63,312 nt of DNA from Thermoproteota archaeon (GTDB lineage Archaea; Asgardarchaeota; Jordiarchaeia; Jordiarchaeales; Freyrarchaeaceae), in the NCBI GenBank assembly GCA_029258835.1, contig JAPDJY010000048.1, positions 1 through 63,312 of the forward strand, given 5' to 3'. The notes beneath the pieces are model-generated. The model saw nothing but the letters and a program-made list of their open reading frames with translations. It did no database searches and was not told the origin of the DNA. Of the stretch, positions 28,593 through 41,144 are shown piece by piece (positions within the stretch are counted from its first letter, which is position 1; the number at the start of each line of letters is the position of its first letter). The position numbers were made by a program, and so were the translations under genes.

Positions 28593-29660
28593 TTGAATGA
28601 AGCGAAACCCATTCTCGTTTCCGGGTTAATGTACAGTGGCAAAACCGCCTTATGCATGGCCTTATCCGTCATTTTTAGGGAGGAAGGGCTTAAGACAGGT
28701 TATTTCAAGCCTGTTGGATGGGCCGTCGGCTCAGATAGACAGGATGAAGACGCTGTTCTAATGAAGTCTGTCCTTGACATTAATTACCCTATTGAAATAA
28801 TAGTTCCCATAATGCTTAACCCATACTACTTAACTGATTTCTCTAAAGGTAAAATGGGTGACGCCGCGGAAAGAATAGAAAAAGCCTATCATATTTTAAG
28901 TAGGGACTTGGATGTAATATTTATTGAAAGCGGGCATACTCCAGTAGCATTCTATACTGGAAACCTCTCCGCCTTCCACCTAGCTGAAAAGTTCAATGCT
29001 CAAGTTTTAATAACTGCTCCCTTTGGAAACGACCTGGTTCTAGATGATACCCTAGCACAGGCAGAAATGTTCAAATTAACAGGGTCAGAGGTCATGGGTG
29101 TAATCTTCAACAACGTCCCACTTATCCTCTTAGAAAAGGTTAAAGGAATAGTTAAACCCATAGCGGAAAACGCCAGTCTGAGAGTATGGGGAATTATAGA
29201 AGAAGACAAGCGTTTAACCTCCCCTACAGTAGCTGAAATAAATAGCGTCCTCGAAGGCACCATACTGGAAGAAGGAGACATGACCAGAATCGTTGAGGAC
29301 GTACTTGTAGGAGCTATGACCACAGAAAGCGCCTTAAAATACTTCAGAAGAAGCGTAAACAAGGCTGTCATAACAGGCGGCGATCGGAGTGATATCACCC
29401 TTCCAGCGCTTGAAACCGACACCGCAGTGCTAATCTTAACTGGAAACCTATACCCTGATGTCAGGGTTCTATCAAAAGCCAGAGAAAAAGGGGTAACAGT
29501 TATACTGGTTCCATACGACACTTACACGACCATCCGTAAGTTAGAAAGCATAGGGGGGAGAATAAAGCCAGGAGACGATAAGAAAATCGAGCTGGCAATA
29601 AGTAAGGTTAAACGTGAAGTCGACTGGAAGGGAATCCTTAACGCCATAATGGAGGACTAA
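28593..29660 (+). CDS. BioD-like / DRTGG domain protein (phosphotransacetylase N-terminal-like)
   Basis: SGKT, GYFKPVG, VGAM, ITGGDRSD. Confidence 0.88.
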   Translation: MNEAKPILVSGLMYSGKTALCMALSVIFREEGLKTGYFKPVGWAVGSDRQDEDAVLMKSVLDINYPIEIIVPIMLNPYYLTDFSKGKMGDAAERIEKAYHILSRDLDVIFIESGHTPVAFYTGNLSAFHLAEKFNAQVLITAPFGNDLVLDDTLAQAEMFKLTGSEVMGVIFNNVPLILLEKVKGIVKPIAENASLRVWGIIEEDKRLTSPTVAEINSVLEGTILEEGDMTRIVEDVLVGAMTTESALKYFRRSVNKAVITGGDRSDITLPALETDTAVLILTGNLYPDVRVLSKAREKGVTVILVPYDTYTTIRKLESIGGRIKPGDDKKIELAISKVKREVDWKGILNAIMED

Positions 29661-29662
29661 GA

Positions 29663-30382
29663 ATGAAGGTTCTTTTAGAAACAATGACTTGGACGGAAAT
29701 TGAAGAAGCAATCAAGAAAGCAGAGGGCATCATAGTTCCCTTTGGTTCAGTAGAAGAACATGGCCCACACCTCCCAGTTTCCACTGACACCATAATCACG
29801 TTAGAACTCGTAAGTAAAGCAGCAGAAGAGACGGGCTTCCTAGTTGCCCCAACCCTAAACTATGGAGTATGCAGGTCTACTCGCAGCTTTCCAGGAACCA
29901 TTTCATTAAAGTTTGAAACGCTCAAGCAAGTTACAATAGATATCTTGTCTGAACTCGTAGAGTGCGGCTTCAAAAGAATAGTCCTGTTCAGCTTTCATGC
30001 CAGCAATGCCCACCTTACAGCAATAAAAGAAGCCGCTTATAGTTTCACGATTAGAAATAGGAGTGTGAAGGTATTCTTTGTTTCAAGCCTTGATTTTGCA
30101 TCGGAAAACATCCCCAAAATACTGGAAACACTTCCTCAACATGCCTGCGAAGCTGAAACCTCCCTAATGCTCTTCCTAAAACCCGAGCTGGTGCACATGG
30201 ATAAGGCAACAGATGAAGTACCTCAAAGCCCCCCGTTTCTCGTGACGCCTACCGGCCGGCCTTGGATGAAGACTGGCGTTATGGGATACCCAACAAAGGC
30301 AACAAAGGAAAAGGGAGAGCAGTTATTCACACTAATGGTGAACCGGTTAATAGAAATACTAAACATCATAAAAAACCAGTAG
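29663..30382 (+). CDS. Creatininase family amidohydrolase
   Basis: GSVEEHGPHLPVSTD, HACEAETS, GVMGYP. Confidence 0.9.
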   Translation: MKVLLETMTWTEIEEAIKKAEGIIVPFGSVEEHGPHLPVSTDTIITLELVSKAAEETGFLVAPTLNYGVCRSTRSFPGTISLKFETLKQVTIDILSELVECGFKRIVLFSFHASNAHLTAIKEAAYSFTIRNRSVKVFFVSSLDFASENIPKILETLPQHACEAETSLMLFLKPELVHMDKATDEVPQSPPFLVTPTGRPWMKTGVMGYPTKATKEKGEQLFTLMVNRLIEILNIIKNQ

Positions 30383-30401
30383 AACTTCTTTGCTTAGACT
30401 A

Positions 30402-30428
30402 TTTTTCATTTTTTGTTTTTTTTAAAAA
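30402..30428. terminator. T/A-rich tract between convergent genes
   Basis: Poly-T followed by poly-A, consistent with a bidirectional archaeal terminator. Confidence 0.4.
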
Positions 30429-30466
30429 AGGTAAATTGTTTAGTGTAGCTGTTTCCCGCTACTAAA

Positions 30467-30739
30467 TTAAGACTTTGTTAAAAATCTTATTGGTATGTCT
30501 TGGTAGGTGCCGTCTGGGAGGCTTCGCCTTATTGTAATTGGCAGGATCCCTTTCTCTAGTTCAAGTTTAGCTATTGTTATGGGATCTTTGACGTCCTTTG
30601 GTATGTCTATTAAAATTGGCGCACCCAACGTTATTTGCAGTGCACGTGCGCTTAAGATTCTCGATTTCTCGTAACGTGTTAGCCAAGGCGGCCCTACTTT
30701 TATAACGAATGTTTCTGTAACAATAGTAGTAGCCTCCAC
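30467..30739 (-). CDS. rpoK: RNA polymerase subunit K (Rpo6)
   Basis: [31 protein letters not shown]; start codon uncertain. Confidence 0.93.
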   Translation of the reverse strand: MEATTIVTETFVIKVGPPWLTRYEKSRILSARALQITLGAPILIDIPKDVKDPITIAKLELEKGILPITIRRSLPDGTYQDIPIRFLTKS

Positions 30740-30816
30740 TAAGTTTATGATGATTTAAAAGAAAAATTAGAGTTCCTTTTTAAGTTTTTGCAAACCTTAA
30801 AAAGAAGTTGTTATTT

Positions 30817-32472
30817 TTAGTCGAACTCACTTGAAGAACTGCTTTCCTCCTCTTCTGAGGAGGATTTCTCTCCACCTGGCGTTTCACTCTTCATCGCAGA
30901 GGCTGCAATGACATCATCGATTCTCAGAATGAGCGCTGCGGCCTCAGTTGCAGACTTTATTGCTTGCTTCTTTACCAGCGCTGGCTCCCACACATCCAAC
31001 TCCGCCATGTCAGCGACCTTCCCGCTGAAGACGTCAATGCCATAAGTCACCCCGTCTTTCTCGTGTTTCGCTCGTAACTCCACTAGGATGTCTATCGGGT
31101 CAAGTCCTGCGTTTTCAGCTAGTGTTCTAGGTACGACTTCCATAGCCTCTGCAAACTGGTTTACAGCTAACTGCTCCCTTCCGCTTAGTGTTTCAGCGTA
31201 CTCCCTCAGTTTCTTAGCTATTTCGATTTCTGGAGCTCCTCCTCCGGCAACTACCTTCCCGTCTTCCACCACTGTCTTCGATACGCACAATGCGTCATGG
31301 ATGGAACGCTCTGCCTCGTCGACTACAAGCTCTGTTCCTCCCCTGACGAGGATGCTTACCGCCTTCGGATTCTTACATCCCTCTATGAACACCATTTCAT
31401 CATCGCCAATCTTCTTCTCATAAACGACTGCTGCTTCACCCAGATCTTTTTCCGTTAAGTCTTCAAGGTTAGTAACTATGTTTCCACCGGTAGCCTTTGC
31501 AAGCTTCTCCATATCTGACTTCTTTATTCTACGGACAGCTAGTACACCTGCCTTCGCCAAGAAGTGCTGTGCCAGGTCATCTATGCCCTTCTGTGCCAGA
31601 ACCACATTAGCCCCCGTCTTAACTATCTTGTCTACCATTTCCTCTATCATCCGTTGCTCCTCGTCTAAGAAGCTCTTCATCTGCTCTGGACTGGTTATCC
31701 GTATCTTCGCGTCAAACTCTGTTTTCTCTATTTCAAGCGGGCAAGAAAGGAGCGCTATCTTAGCATTTTCAACTCTCTTTGGCATTCCTGGATGAACTAC
31801 CTCCTTATCAAGCACTATGCCCTCTATGAACATGGTGTCCTCAAGGCTTTCACCCTCTTTTTTCTCCACTTTTACGTTGTCAAGGTCTACTTTCCATTCC
31901 CCGTCGACCTGTTCAGCAACCTTTCTAACCGCTTTAACGGCTATGTCCGCCAAGTACTCTCTTGAGCCAGCAACCATTTTACTGCTCATAGCAGTCATAG
32001 CTACTTTCTTTAGCATCTCCTCATCGTCAGGGTTAACCTTCCTTGACATCTCGTCTATTACTTCAAGGGCTTTCTCCATTGCCTTCCTATAGCCGTCGAC
32101 GATCACCGTTGGATGTATGTCTTGGTCTAAGAGAAACTCCGCATTCTTGAGTAGTTCACCAGTAAGGACGACTGCTGTTGTTGTCCCATCGCCCACTTCG
32201 TTGTCCTGAGTTTTGGCAACGTTCACCATCATTTTCGCTGCAGGGTGCTGCACGTCGATCTCCTTAAGTATTGTTGCGCCGTCGTTGGTGATCACCACAT
32301 CACCGAAACTGTCAACAAGCATCTTGTCCATTCCTAGAGGCCCTAGAGACGTCCTGACCGCTTCAGCTATCACGCGTGCAGCCATTATATTTGTCCTTTG
32401 AGCGTCTCTACCAGCAGATCTCTTCGTCCCTTCTTTAAGTATGAGAACGGGAGTACCCCCTAACATGGCCAT
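30817..32472 (-). CDS. ths: Thermosome subunit (group II chaperonin)
   Basis: [24 protein letters not shown]. Confidence 0.96.
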   Translation of the reverse strand: MAMLGGTPVLILKEGTKRSAGRDAQRTNIMAARVIAEAVRTSLGPLGMDKMLVDSFGDVVITNDGATILKEIDVQHPAAKMMVNVAKTQDNEVGDGTTTAVVLTGELLKNAEFLLDQDIHPTVIVDGYRKAMEKALEVIDEMSRKVNPDDEEMLKKVAMTAMSSKMVAGSREYLADIAVKAVRKVAEQVDGEWKVDLDNVKVEKKEGESLEDTMFIEGIVLDKEVVHPGMPKRVENAKIALLSCPLEIEKTEFDAKIRITSPEQMKSFLDEEQRMIEEMVDKIVKTGANVVLAQKGIDDLAQHFLAKAGVLAVRRIKKSDMEKLAKATGGNIVTNLEDLTEKDLGEAAVVYEKKIGDDEMVFIEGCKNPKAVSILVRGGTELVVDEAERSIHDALCVSKTVVEDGKVVAGGGAPEIEIAKKLREYAETLSGREQLAVNQFAEAMEVVPRTLAENAGLDPIDILVELRAKHEKDGVTYGIDVFSGKVADMAELDVWEPALVKKQAIKSATEAAALILRIDDVIAASAMKSETPGGEKSSSEEEESSSSSEFD

Positions 32473-32802
32473 TGCTGCTATCCCTCCTCAAAAACTTGTC
32501 AGTTTTACTTCGTGTAAGGAGATGAAAATGCACTTCTATATAAATTTAACGCTTCTCTCAGCTGGAAAACATAGCATCTTTTCAACCAGAAAGAAAAATA
32601 AAAATTTATTAGCATCATTAGAATTACACCAACTAATCAAATACATTTGTTTGCTTAGCAAATTTAATGAAATCATTTATCTTAAAGCAACCTTTATTAA
32701 CTTGTTCAGGTTGTTGAATAGAGAAAGCTTTTAAGCTGTTCTTAATCTCCTTTATCATAACAGAGCTAGCCGGGTGATCTAACTGGGTAAGCGCTTTAAT
32801 GA

Positions 32803-35021
<2,219 letters not shown>

Positions 35022-35264
35022 CATATTTTGTTTCGTGACGCGTTTTTCGCTTGAAATTTATATTATTCTTTAATAAAAAGTTGCATTTCATTGTAATTTT
35101 CAATCAACAGTGAGTTCACGGAAATAATCAAAAATACTGCCAAATAATTTATATTTAGCACTTTATTATTATTGATGATTGAGATATTAAACATCGAGAT
35201 CGAGACTTCTTCCCTACCAAATACTCTTTAGAGGGTTTACCTAAAGTAGCATGGGGGTTTCTCT

Positions 35265-36128
35265 TTGATAGTTGAAAATATTGCAAATAGAAATGTGGTC
35301 TATGTAGCGGTGCCTGGCACACGTGATGAAGTTTTAGATGTTATGCGCCGCTACAATATCAGCGTCGTCCCGGTAGTTAAAAAGGGAACGAAAACCCTTG
35401 TAGGTATAATCACTCATCGTGATTTAATGGAGAAGCCAGATGAAACTCAACTGGCTCTCTTAATGAAGAGAGATCCAATGACTATCTCAAAAAACGCTAC
35501 TTTAAAGGAACTTGTTGAGTTAATGCTGAAGAATAATATTTTCCATTTACCTGTAACTGAAAACGAAAAAACCTTGGTTGGTTTAGTTTCCCTCTCCGAC
35601 ATTGTCCGGAAAGCAATTACGGTTGAAAAGGAGACTGTTACAATAAGGCCATTTGTCCGTCATGTAATAATAGCGGTTTGGGAGGAAACCCCCTTGCCAG
35701 TTGCCTACATGATGATGAAGCTTGCCAAAGCCACCGTTTTACACGTTTTAGATGATAAAGGCAAGCTGGTCGGAGTGATAGACGAGTCAGACTTCCTGAA
35801 AGCCAGCGAAGTAATTTCAGAGGAAAAAATTTCTAGCATACCCTCAACTGGAGAAGGAACCGACTGGAGCTGGGATGTCAGCAGTATATTCTATATTATG
35901 ACTAAGAGGCTCAACCTTCCCGAAAAGCCCGTTAAAGAAGTTATGACTAAAGATGTAATCACCGTAAGTGAGCATGCCACTCTTAGCGAATGCGCCCTTA
36001 AAATGATGAAATTCGACCTGGATCAGCTACCCGTTAAGAATGCTAAAGGAGAGCTGGTAGGAGTAATCAACGAACTAGACTTGGTTAGAGGATATTACGA
36101 AACAGTATTGTCAAAGAGAAACGGTTAG
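35265..36128 (+). CDS. CBS domain protein (4 CBS)
   Basis: Repeated PVV...LVGIIT..D motifs and WSWD. Confidence 0.9.
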   Translation: MIVENIANRNVVYVAVPGTRDEVLDVMRRYNISVVPVVKKGTKTLVGIITHRDLMEKPDETQLALLMKRDPMTISKNATLKELVELMLKNNIFHLPVTENEKTLVGLVSLSDIVRKAITVEKETVTIRPFVRHVIIAVWEETPLPVAYMMMKLAKATVLHVLDDKGKLVGVIDESDFLKASEVISEEKISSIPSTGEGTDWSWDVSSIFYIMTKRLNLPEKPVKEVMTKDVITVSEHATLSECALKMMKFDLDQLPVKNAKGELVGVINELDLVRGYYETVLSKRNG

Positions 36129-36136
36129 AAAAGGAG

Positions 36137-36289
36137 TTACTTCCTCTTTTTAAGTCTAAGCCTTTTAGATCTACATCGCCTACACCTTGTAGCGGATAAG
36201 GGGTTTCTTGCATAACATTTCCTGCAAATTTTCATTTGTAAAAGGTGGTATGCAGCAATACGCCTCTTATCTGGGTCTCCTATAGGCAT
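36137..36289 (-). CDS. rpl40e: Ribosomal protein eL40 (50 aa; missing from the ORF track)
   Basis: Manual translation MPIGDPDKRRIAAYHLLQMKICRKCYARNPLSATRCRRCRSKRLRLKKRK; RBS GGTGA. Confidence 0.93.
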   Translation of the reverse strand: MPIGDPDKRRIAAYHLLQMKICRKCYARNPLSATRCRRCRSKRLRLKKRK

Positions 36290-36524
36290 CACGTCACCAC
36301 CATAAGCTGCTGCTATAACAATCTATTACTCCAAAAAAAGAAAAGGCATTTAAGTTTTCCGCAAACCTATCAGCCACTAAGTTAACTATTTAACTATGCC
36401 GCCTTGCTCTCCCCTTTTCCGAAGACTTAACTTAGGAAAAAATAAAGAATGGAGAATGAACATGTCTATTTGAATTTTGAAATTAGAATCTTTTTGGTTG
36501 AAATGTTCGACGGAGGCTGAGGTT

Positions 36525-37025
36525 TTGGATGTACGCTTTCCACATTATATACTCATTCCAGAGAAAGGTGAATATGTTAGAGGGAAAAGACCAGATGTAG
36601 ATTGCATCTTTTGTGCAATAGCGCGCGAAGACCCCAAGGTTCCCTCAAAACTCGTCTATAAAAACAAAGATTTCATGGTTCTTCTCAACATCTACCCCTA
36701 CAATCCTGGACATTTAATGGTCGCTCCTGTCAAACACGTAGAAAACCTTGAAGAATTAGATGAAGAGGAAATTAAAGGTCTCTTTGTTTTGGTTCAAAGA
36801 AGCATCAAGCTTCTTAGGGAAGTATATAACCCACATGGGTTTAACATTGGGATTAATCAGGGTAAAGCTGCAGGTGCAAGCATCAACCATCTTCATGTAC
36901 ACGTAGTGCCAAGATACCTTGGCGAGTTAGGTTTCATAGACCTCTCCGGCTCAAGAATAATCGTTGAAAACCTAGAGGTAACCCTCAGAAAACTCAAATC
37001 AAAAGTTGCCCTCTTAGAGGGGTAA
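36525..37025 (+). CDS. HIT family hydrolase
   Basis: CIFC, YPYNPGH, HLHVHVVPR. Confidence 0.92.
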   Translation: MDVRFPHYILIPEKGEYVRGKRPDVDCIFCAIAREDPKVPSKLVYKNKDFMVLLNIYPYNPGHLMVAPVKHVENLEELDEEEIKGLFVLVQRSIKLLREVYNPHGFNIGINQGKAAGASINHLHVHVVPRYLGELGFIDLSGSRIIVENLEVTLRKLKSKVALLEG

Positions 37026-37136
37026 AGTAACTCCACTCTCCCTGTTACAATAAAATCAGCTTTTTTATGGTTCAAAAGCAATTTACGGAAAAAGAGGGTA
37101 ATCCTCTATTAGAAGCATTACTGCGAGGTGATGTAG

Positions 37137-37718
37137 GTGATCCACGATTTTGAAAAGATAAAGGTTAACGCTGTGCTAAATATCGTTTATCAGATGGCTA
37201 TTGCAGCTAAAACTGCTCCTAAAGCAAAGGGTGAAGACTCTGTTGAAATAGCGGTAGTGGATAATAAAGATAAAGATAAGGTAGCGAAGGTCATGCATGA
37301 GATCGGTGCAATAACAAAAGATGAAAGATGGCATAGGGATGCAGTAAACGTTGAACAAGCTGACTTTATCCTACTTCTAGGAATAAAGCGAAGTGATGTT
37401 TTAGGAGCAAACTGTGGAGCATGCGGTTTTCCTACATGCGAGAAAATGCTCTCAGCAAGAAGCAAGGATACCACCTTTCCCGGGCCATTCTGCGCTTTTA
37501 AGCTTATCGACCTCGGAATCGCAGCTGGTAGTGCGGCGAAAACGGCATCCATACTTAACCTTGATAATCGCATAATGTTCCGAGTGGGGGTAGCGGCTAA
37601 ACAACTTAACTTAATTAATGCTGATTATATTCTCGGAATACCCGTCTCAGCAACAGAGAAGAACCCGTTCTTCGACAGGACAAAAGAACTTTACGAACAA
37701 CACCTCGATCAATCATAG
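37137..37718 (+). CDS. DUF2148 ferredoxin-like domain protein
   Basis: AKTAPKAKG, NCGACGFPTC, DLGIA.GSA, DNRIM, KNPFFDR. Confidence 0.85.
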   Translation: MIHDFEKIKVNAVLNIVYQMAIAAKTAPKAKGEDSVEIAVVDNKDKDKVAKVMHEIGAITKDERWHRDAVNVEQADFILLLGIKRSDVLGANCGACGFPTCEKMLSARSKDTTFPGPFCAFKLIDLGIAAGSAAKTASILNLDNRIMFRVGVAAKQLNLINADYILGIPVSATEKNPFFDRTKELYEQHLDQS

Positions 37719-37734
37719 TAAGAGTGTTTATTTC

Positions 37735-38304
37735 TCATCTTTTTATTATTTCTAGCAATTTGCTTAATATCCTGGCCGATGCCCCCCATATCTTATGTTT
37801 ATCGTAAAGGTAATATTTCCCAAACATATCTTGGTGTGCCTCTTCCATTAGATGAGAAAGTGGAGGGAGAATGACCTCCTCTACCTCCTTCGGGTTAACG
37901 TTGAACGTGAATCCCTCCGGCATCGATAAAAGTCCTACAACCGGTACGATGCTAAAATTTGTGATGTACGTTCGAATTGAAGGAAGAAAACCTAAAACCT
38001 CCACAAAATCCTTTTTTATCCCTAATTCCTCTTCAGCTTCCCTAAATGCCGTCTGAAGGGGGGTTTCATCGTTCTCCTTTACTCCTCCTGGAAAGCCATA
38101 CTCCCCACCATGATACTTTAATTTTTTAGAACGCCTTATGAGTATGACATAGAGTTGACCATTAATCATCACGAGAGGTATCAGAACTGCGGCAGGCTTC
38201 CCGTCTTCTATGAACTTAGCGTCTTTGGATAGCGTTCTCCTTAAAAGTGTAATGATCTCTTCGCTACTTTTCTTAGTTATATTTCCATCCGACTCAGTCA
38301 ACAA
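37735..38304 (-). CDS. Nudix hydrolase (CoA pyrophosphatase-like)
   Basis: AAVLIPL, FPGG...TAFREAEEELG, IWGASA. Confidence 0.9.
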   Translation of the reverse strand: MLTESDGNITKKSSEEIITLLRRTLSKDAKFIEDGKPAAVLIPLVMINGQLYVILIRRSKKLKYHGGEYGFPGGVKENDETPLQTAFREAEEELGIKKDFVEVLGFLPSIRTYITNFSIVPVVGLLSMPEGFTFNVNPKEVEEVILPPLSHLMEEAHQDMFGKYYLYDKHKIWGASARILSKLLEIIKR

Positions 38305-38693
38305 ATCCCCTCTTAAGAAACCATTAGTCTATTCCTCCACAGCTTCATTTTTTTACATTGTTCCCTTTAAAATTAATTGATTTTTAGCTCCCCAAATTAT
38401 AGTTTTGATCCATAATTCATATTGAAAATTTTGCATAAGCCATTAGGAAACTTTGTGCTTTGAAAAAAGCATTTTCCCGCCCTGAATGTTTTCCGCTCAT
38501 GTTGCAACCTTCATATTCATGTTGCTCTCCTTAGTTTTCCACCCGTCTTTCCAATCCTCTTTAGTGTTTAACATTTTAAGGTGCGAAGGAAAAACGGTTA
38601 TTTAAGTTTACCGAAATCTTTAAATATGTAAACGTTCGGGTTTCAAGCCGTACCTAATCTATATCTTTTATAAACTTTTCGGATGATGAAAAG

Positions 38694-39638
38694 ATGGTGT
38701 CAGATTCTCTCCCTGAAAATGAAATATCCGATATACCTCGAACTTGCCCTGAATGTGGCTCTGCTTCTTTAATACAAGACGCGTCCCGTGGAGAAATAGT
38801 ATGCGGTGAGTGCGGCCTTGTCATCGTCCATCACATCATAGATACTGGACCCGAGTGGAGGGCTTTTTGCAATGAGGAACGGCTGAAGAGAAGCCGAGTC
38901 GGATCCCCTACCTCCCTTACAGTTCATGATAAAGGTTTAAGTACAGTGATTGATTGGCGGGATAGGGATGTTCACGGGAAAAAACTGGCTCCGAGGCGCC
39001 GCGCTCAGGTTTATAGGTTACGTAAGTGGCAGATCAGGACTAGGGTTCATTCAGCAACCGACCGAAACTTAGCTTACGCTATGAGCGAGCTCGAGCGGAT
39101 TTCCAGCCAGATTGGGATTCCAAATCCTGTTAAGCAAACAGCAGCTAATTTGTACCGGAAAGTTATTAAGAAGAGTTTAATTAGAGGTCGCTCAATCGAG
39201 GCCATGGTCGCTGCTACAATCTATGGGGCGTGCAGAATCAGGCGGATTCCCAGAACACTAGAAGAAATTGCCAAGCACTCTCACGTAAGTAAAAAAGAGC
39301 TCGGTCGATGTTATCGCTTAGTGCTAAGGGAGCTGGAAATGAGCATTCCCATATCTGATCCTCGTGATTTTATTCCTCGCTTCAGCGCTGAACTACAGCT
39401 TTCAGGGCGGGTTCAGAGTCAAGCTATGGAGATTCTGGAAAAAGCCAAAAAAGCAGGTATTACCGCTGGTAAGGACCCAACTGGTTTAGCAGCTGCTGCC
39501 CTTTATATCGCCGCTATTCTAGAGGATGAGCGAAGGACGCAAAGGGAAATCTCTGAGGTTGCACATGTAACCGAAGTCACGGTGAGGAATCGTTACAAAG
39601 AACTTGTAAAAAAATTAGGATTGGACGTAGAAATCTAA
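38694..39638 (+). CDS. tfb: Transcription initiation factor IIB
   Basis: CPECGS Zn ribbon, GPEWRAF, two cyclin repeats, TEVTVRNRYKEL. Confidence 0.96.
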   Translation: MVSDSLPENEISDIPRTCPECGSASLIQDASRGEIVCGECGLVIVHHIIDTGPEWRAFCNEERLKRSRVGSPTSLTVHDKGLSTVIDWRDRDVHGKKLAPRRRAQVYRLRKWQIRTRVHSATDRNLAYAMSELERISSQIGIPNPVKQTAANLYRKVIKKSLIRGRSIEAMVAATIYGACRIRRIPRTLEEIAKHSHVSKKELGRCYRLVLRELEMSIPISDPRDFIPRFSAELQLSGRVQSQAMEILEKAKKAGITAGKDPTGLAAAALYIAAILEDERRTQREISEVAHVTEVTVRNRYKELVKKLGLDVEI

Positions 39639-39666
39639 TTGCACCTCTTTTTCTTTTGAATCCCTG

Positions 39667-39978
39667 TTAGGTTATGTCTATTTTCTCTGGAGAAAAACCG
39701 ACTGAAACCAAGAAATCCCGCGCCTTATACCTGTGATCTCCTTGCAGCTCTATTCTCCCTTCCTTATAAGTTCCTCCACAAGCACAGTATGACTTCAATT
39801 TCGCTGCAAGCTCTTCCAGGTTGACGTCCTTACTGTCTATCCCTTCTATTATTGTTACTTCCCTGCCCCACTTTCTTTTCTCAACCCTAAGCTTAACTCT
39901 CTGCTCCTCTTTTCCGATTTCTTGGCAAACACACAAGTCTTTAGGTAACCCACATACAGGACATATTTGGTGCGCCAT
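39667..39978 (-). CDS. sui1: Translation initiation factor aIF1/SUI1
   Basis: CPVCGLPKDLCVC, ACGGT, IELQGDH. Confidence 0.93.
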   Translation of the reverse strand: MAHQICPVCGLPKDLCVCQEIGKEEQRVKLRVEKRKWGREVTIIEGIDSKDVNLEELAAKLKSYCACGGTYKEGRIELQGDHRYKARDFLVSVGFSPEKIDIT

Positions 39979-40255
39979 CAGTACACCATTCCATATTTTT
40001 ATGAGAATCATCTAATCCTTAACGGGTAGCGTGTATTATTTTAATGTTATGGTTGCCTAATTCTCTCTTGATAAAGACTAGCAAATATTTCTTTCATTCA
40101 ATTAATTCAACTTTTTCTAAATTTAAGGTTAGCATTAATTTACGGTGCATTCAGCAACATTTCCCTCTCTTTTCTATTTACTTTCATTAGTAAAATATAT
40201 GACTATTTGACTATAACTTGAATATGTGGACTTGATTATCACATTTTTATCGCAT

Positions 40256-40972
40256 TTATACGGTACTGGCCTCTCTCCATATTTTTTCTACTTCTCCCGG
40301 TGTCAGCTTTCTCAGTCTCTCTTTCTTTTCCTCTATTACTGCTATTTCTACTTGGTCAGGACTGAGCTTATCAGTTATTTTTATTAGCGTTTGCATTGCC
40401 AGCCTTATTGCCTCGTTAGTTGACATATCTCTCCTATATTTTTCTTTAAGGTATTCCGTCGCTTTATCTTCGTTTTCACCTATAGCTGTCGCCATATAAC
40501 TTATAGCGGCACCACTTGTATCGATAAGCATAAGCTTGGCTCCCTCAGCATCTACACCGCCAAATATTAAGGCGCAGCCAAATGGCCTAGTTCCTCCAAA
40601 CTGAGTGTACTGCTGCATTATGGATGAAAGCCTTCTTGCCAGAAATTCTAGTTTAATTTTCTCTCCATATGTTAACCTATACCTTTGGGCTATGTTCCTC
40701 GCTGCATCCATTAAAACTCTTGAGTCGGACATATATCCAGCTCCCACTGCTCCTATGTGCTCATCGATCATTACAATCTTGTCGTAATCCTCAAGGAGTC
40801 TATCATGCCTCCTTTTAACCCCTGCTAGGACAGCACCATCCTTAGCTCTTATACCTAATGCTGGTGCCCCTCTTCTGACAGCATTTTTAGAATATTCAAC
40901 TTGGAATATTCTCCCTTCAGGAGAGAACATAGCTATTGTTTTATCATACTCTGCCGTTCTTGGAGGCTCCAT
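40256..40972 (-). CDS. psmA: Proteasome alpha subunit
   Basis: YD...FSPEGRIFQVEY, TQFGGTRPFG. Confidence 0.92.
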   Translation of the reverse strand: MEPPRTAEYDKTIAMFSPEGRIFQVEYSKNAVRRGAPALGIRAKDGAVLAGVKRRHDRLLEDYDKIVMIDEHIGAVGAGYMSDSRVLMDAARNIAQRYRLTYGEKIKLEFLARRLSSIMQQYTQFGGTRPFGCALIFGGVDAEGAKLMLIDTSGAAISYMATAIGENEDKATEYLKEKYRRDMSTNEAIRLAMQTLIKITDKLSPDQVEIAVIEEKKERLRKLTPGEVEKIWREASTV

Positions 40973-41144
40973 TCTCTTCCCTCTTTCATGGTTGTTTTTC
41001 CTAGACGATCCTCATTTTCTCTTAACATAAAGTTTTCCTAACCTTTAGCTAGGTTTGGTGGAATATAACATCAGAGTAACACCAAATTATTTTTGGTCGT
41101 TGTCTCATGTTACCTTACCCTTTTTCTGAGAAGGTGAAGCTGCA

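Noticed and set aside
30698-30724. BHB-like pattern at the rpoK 5' end (TTAC-AGA-AAC-attc-GTT-ATAA-AAG) whose 17-nt removal would put a TTG in frame
   Set aside because: The central helix has a C-A mismatch and is AU-only, and the unspliced frame is already open with a normal-looking IKVGPP. Worth only a glance in RNA data.
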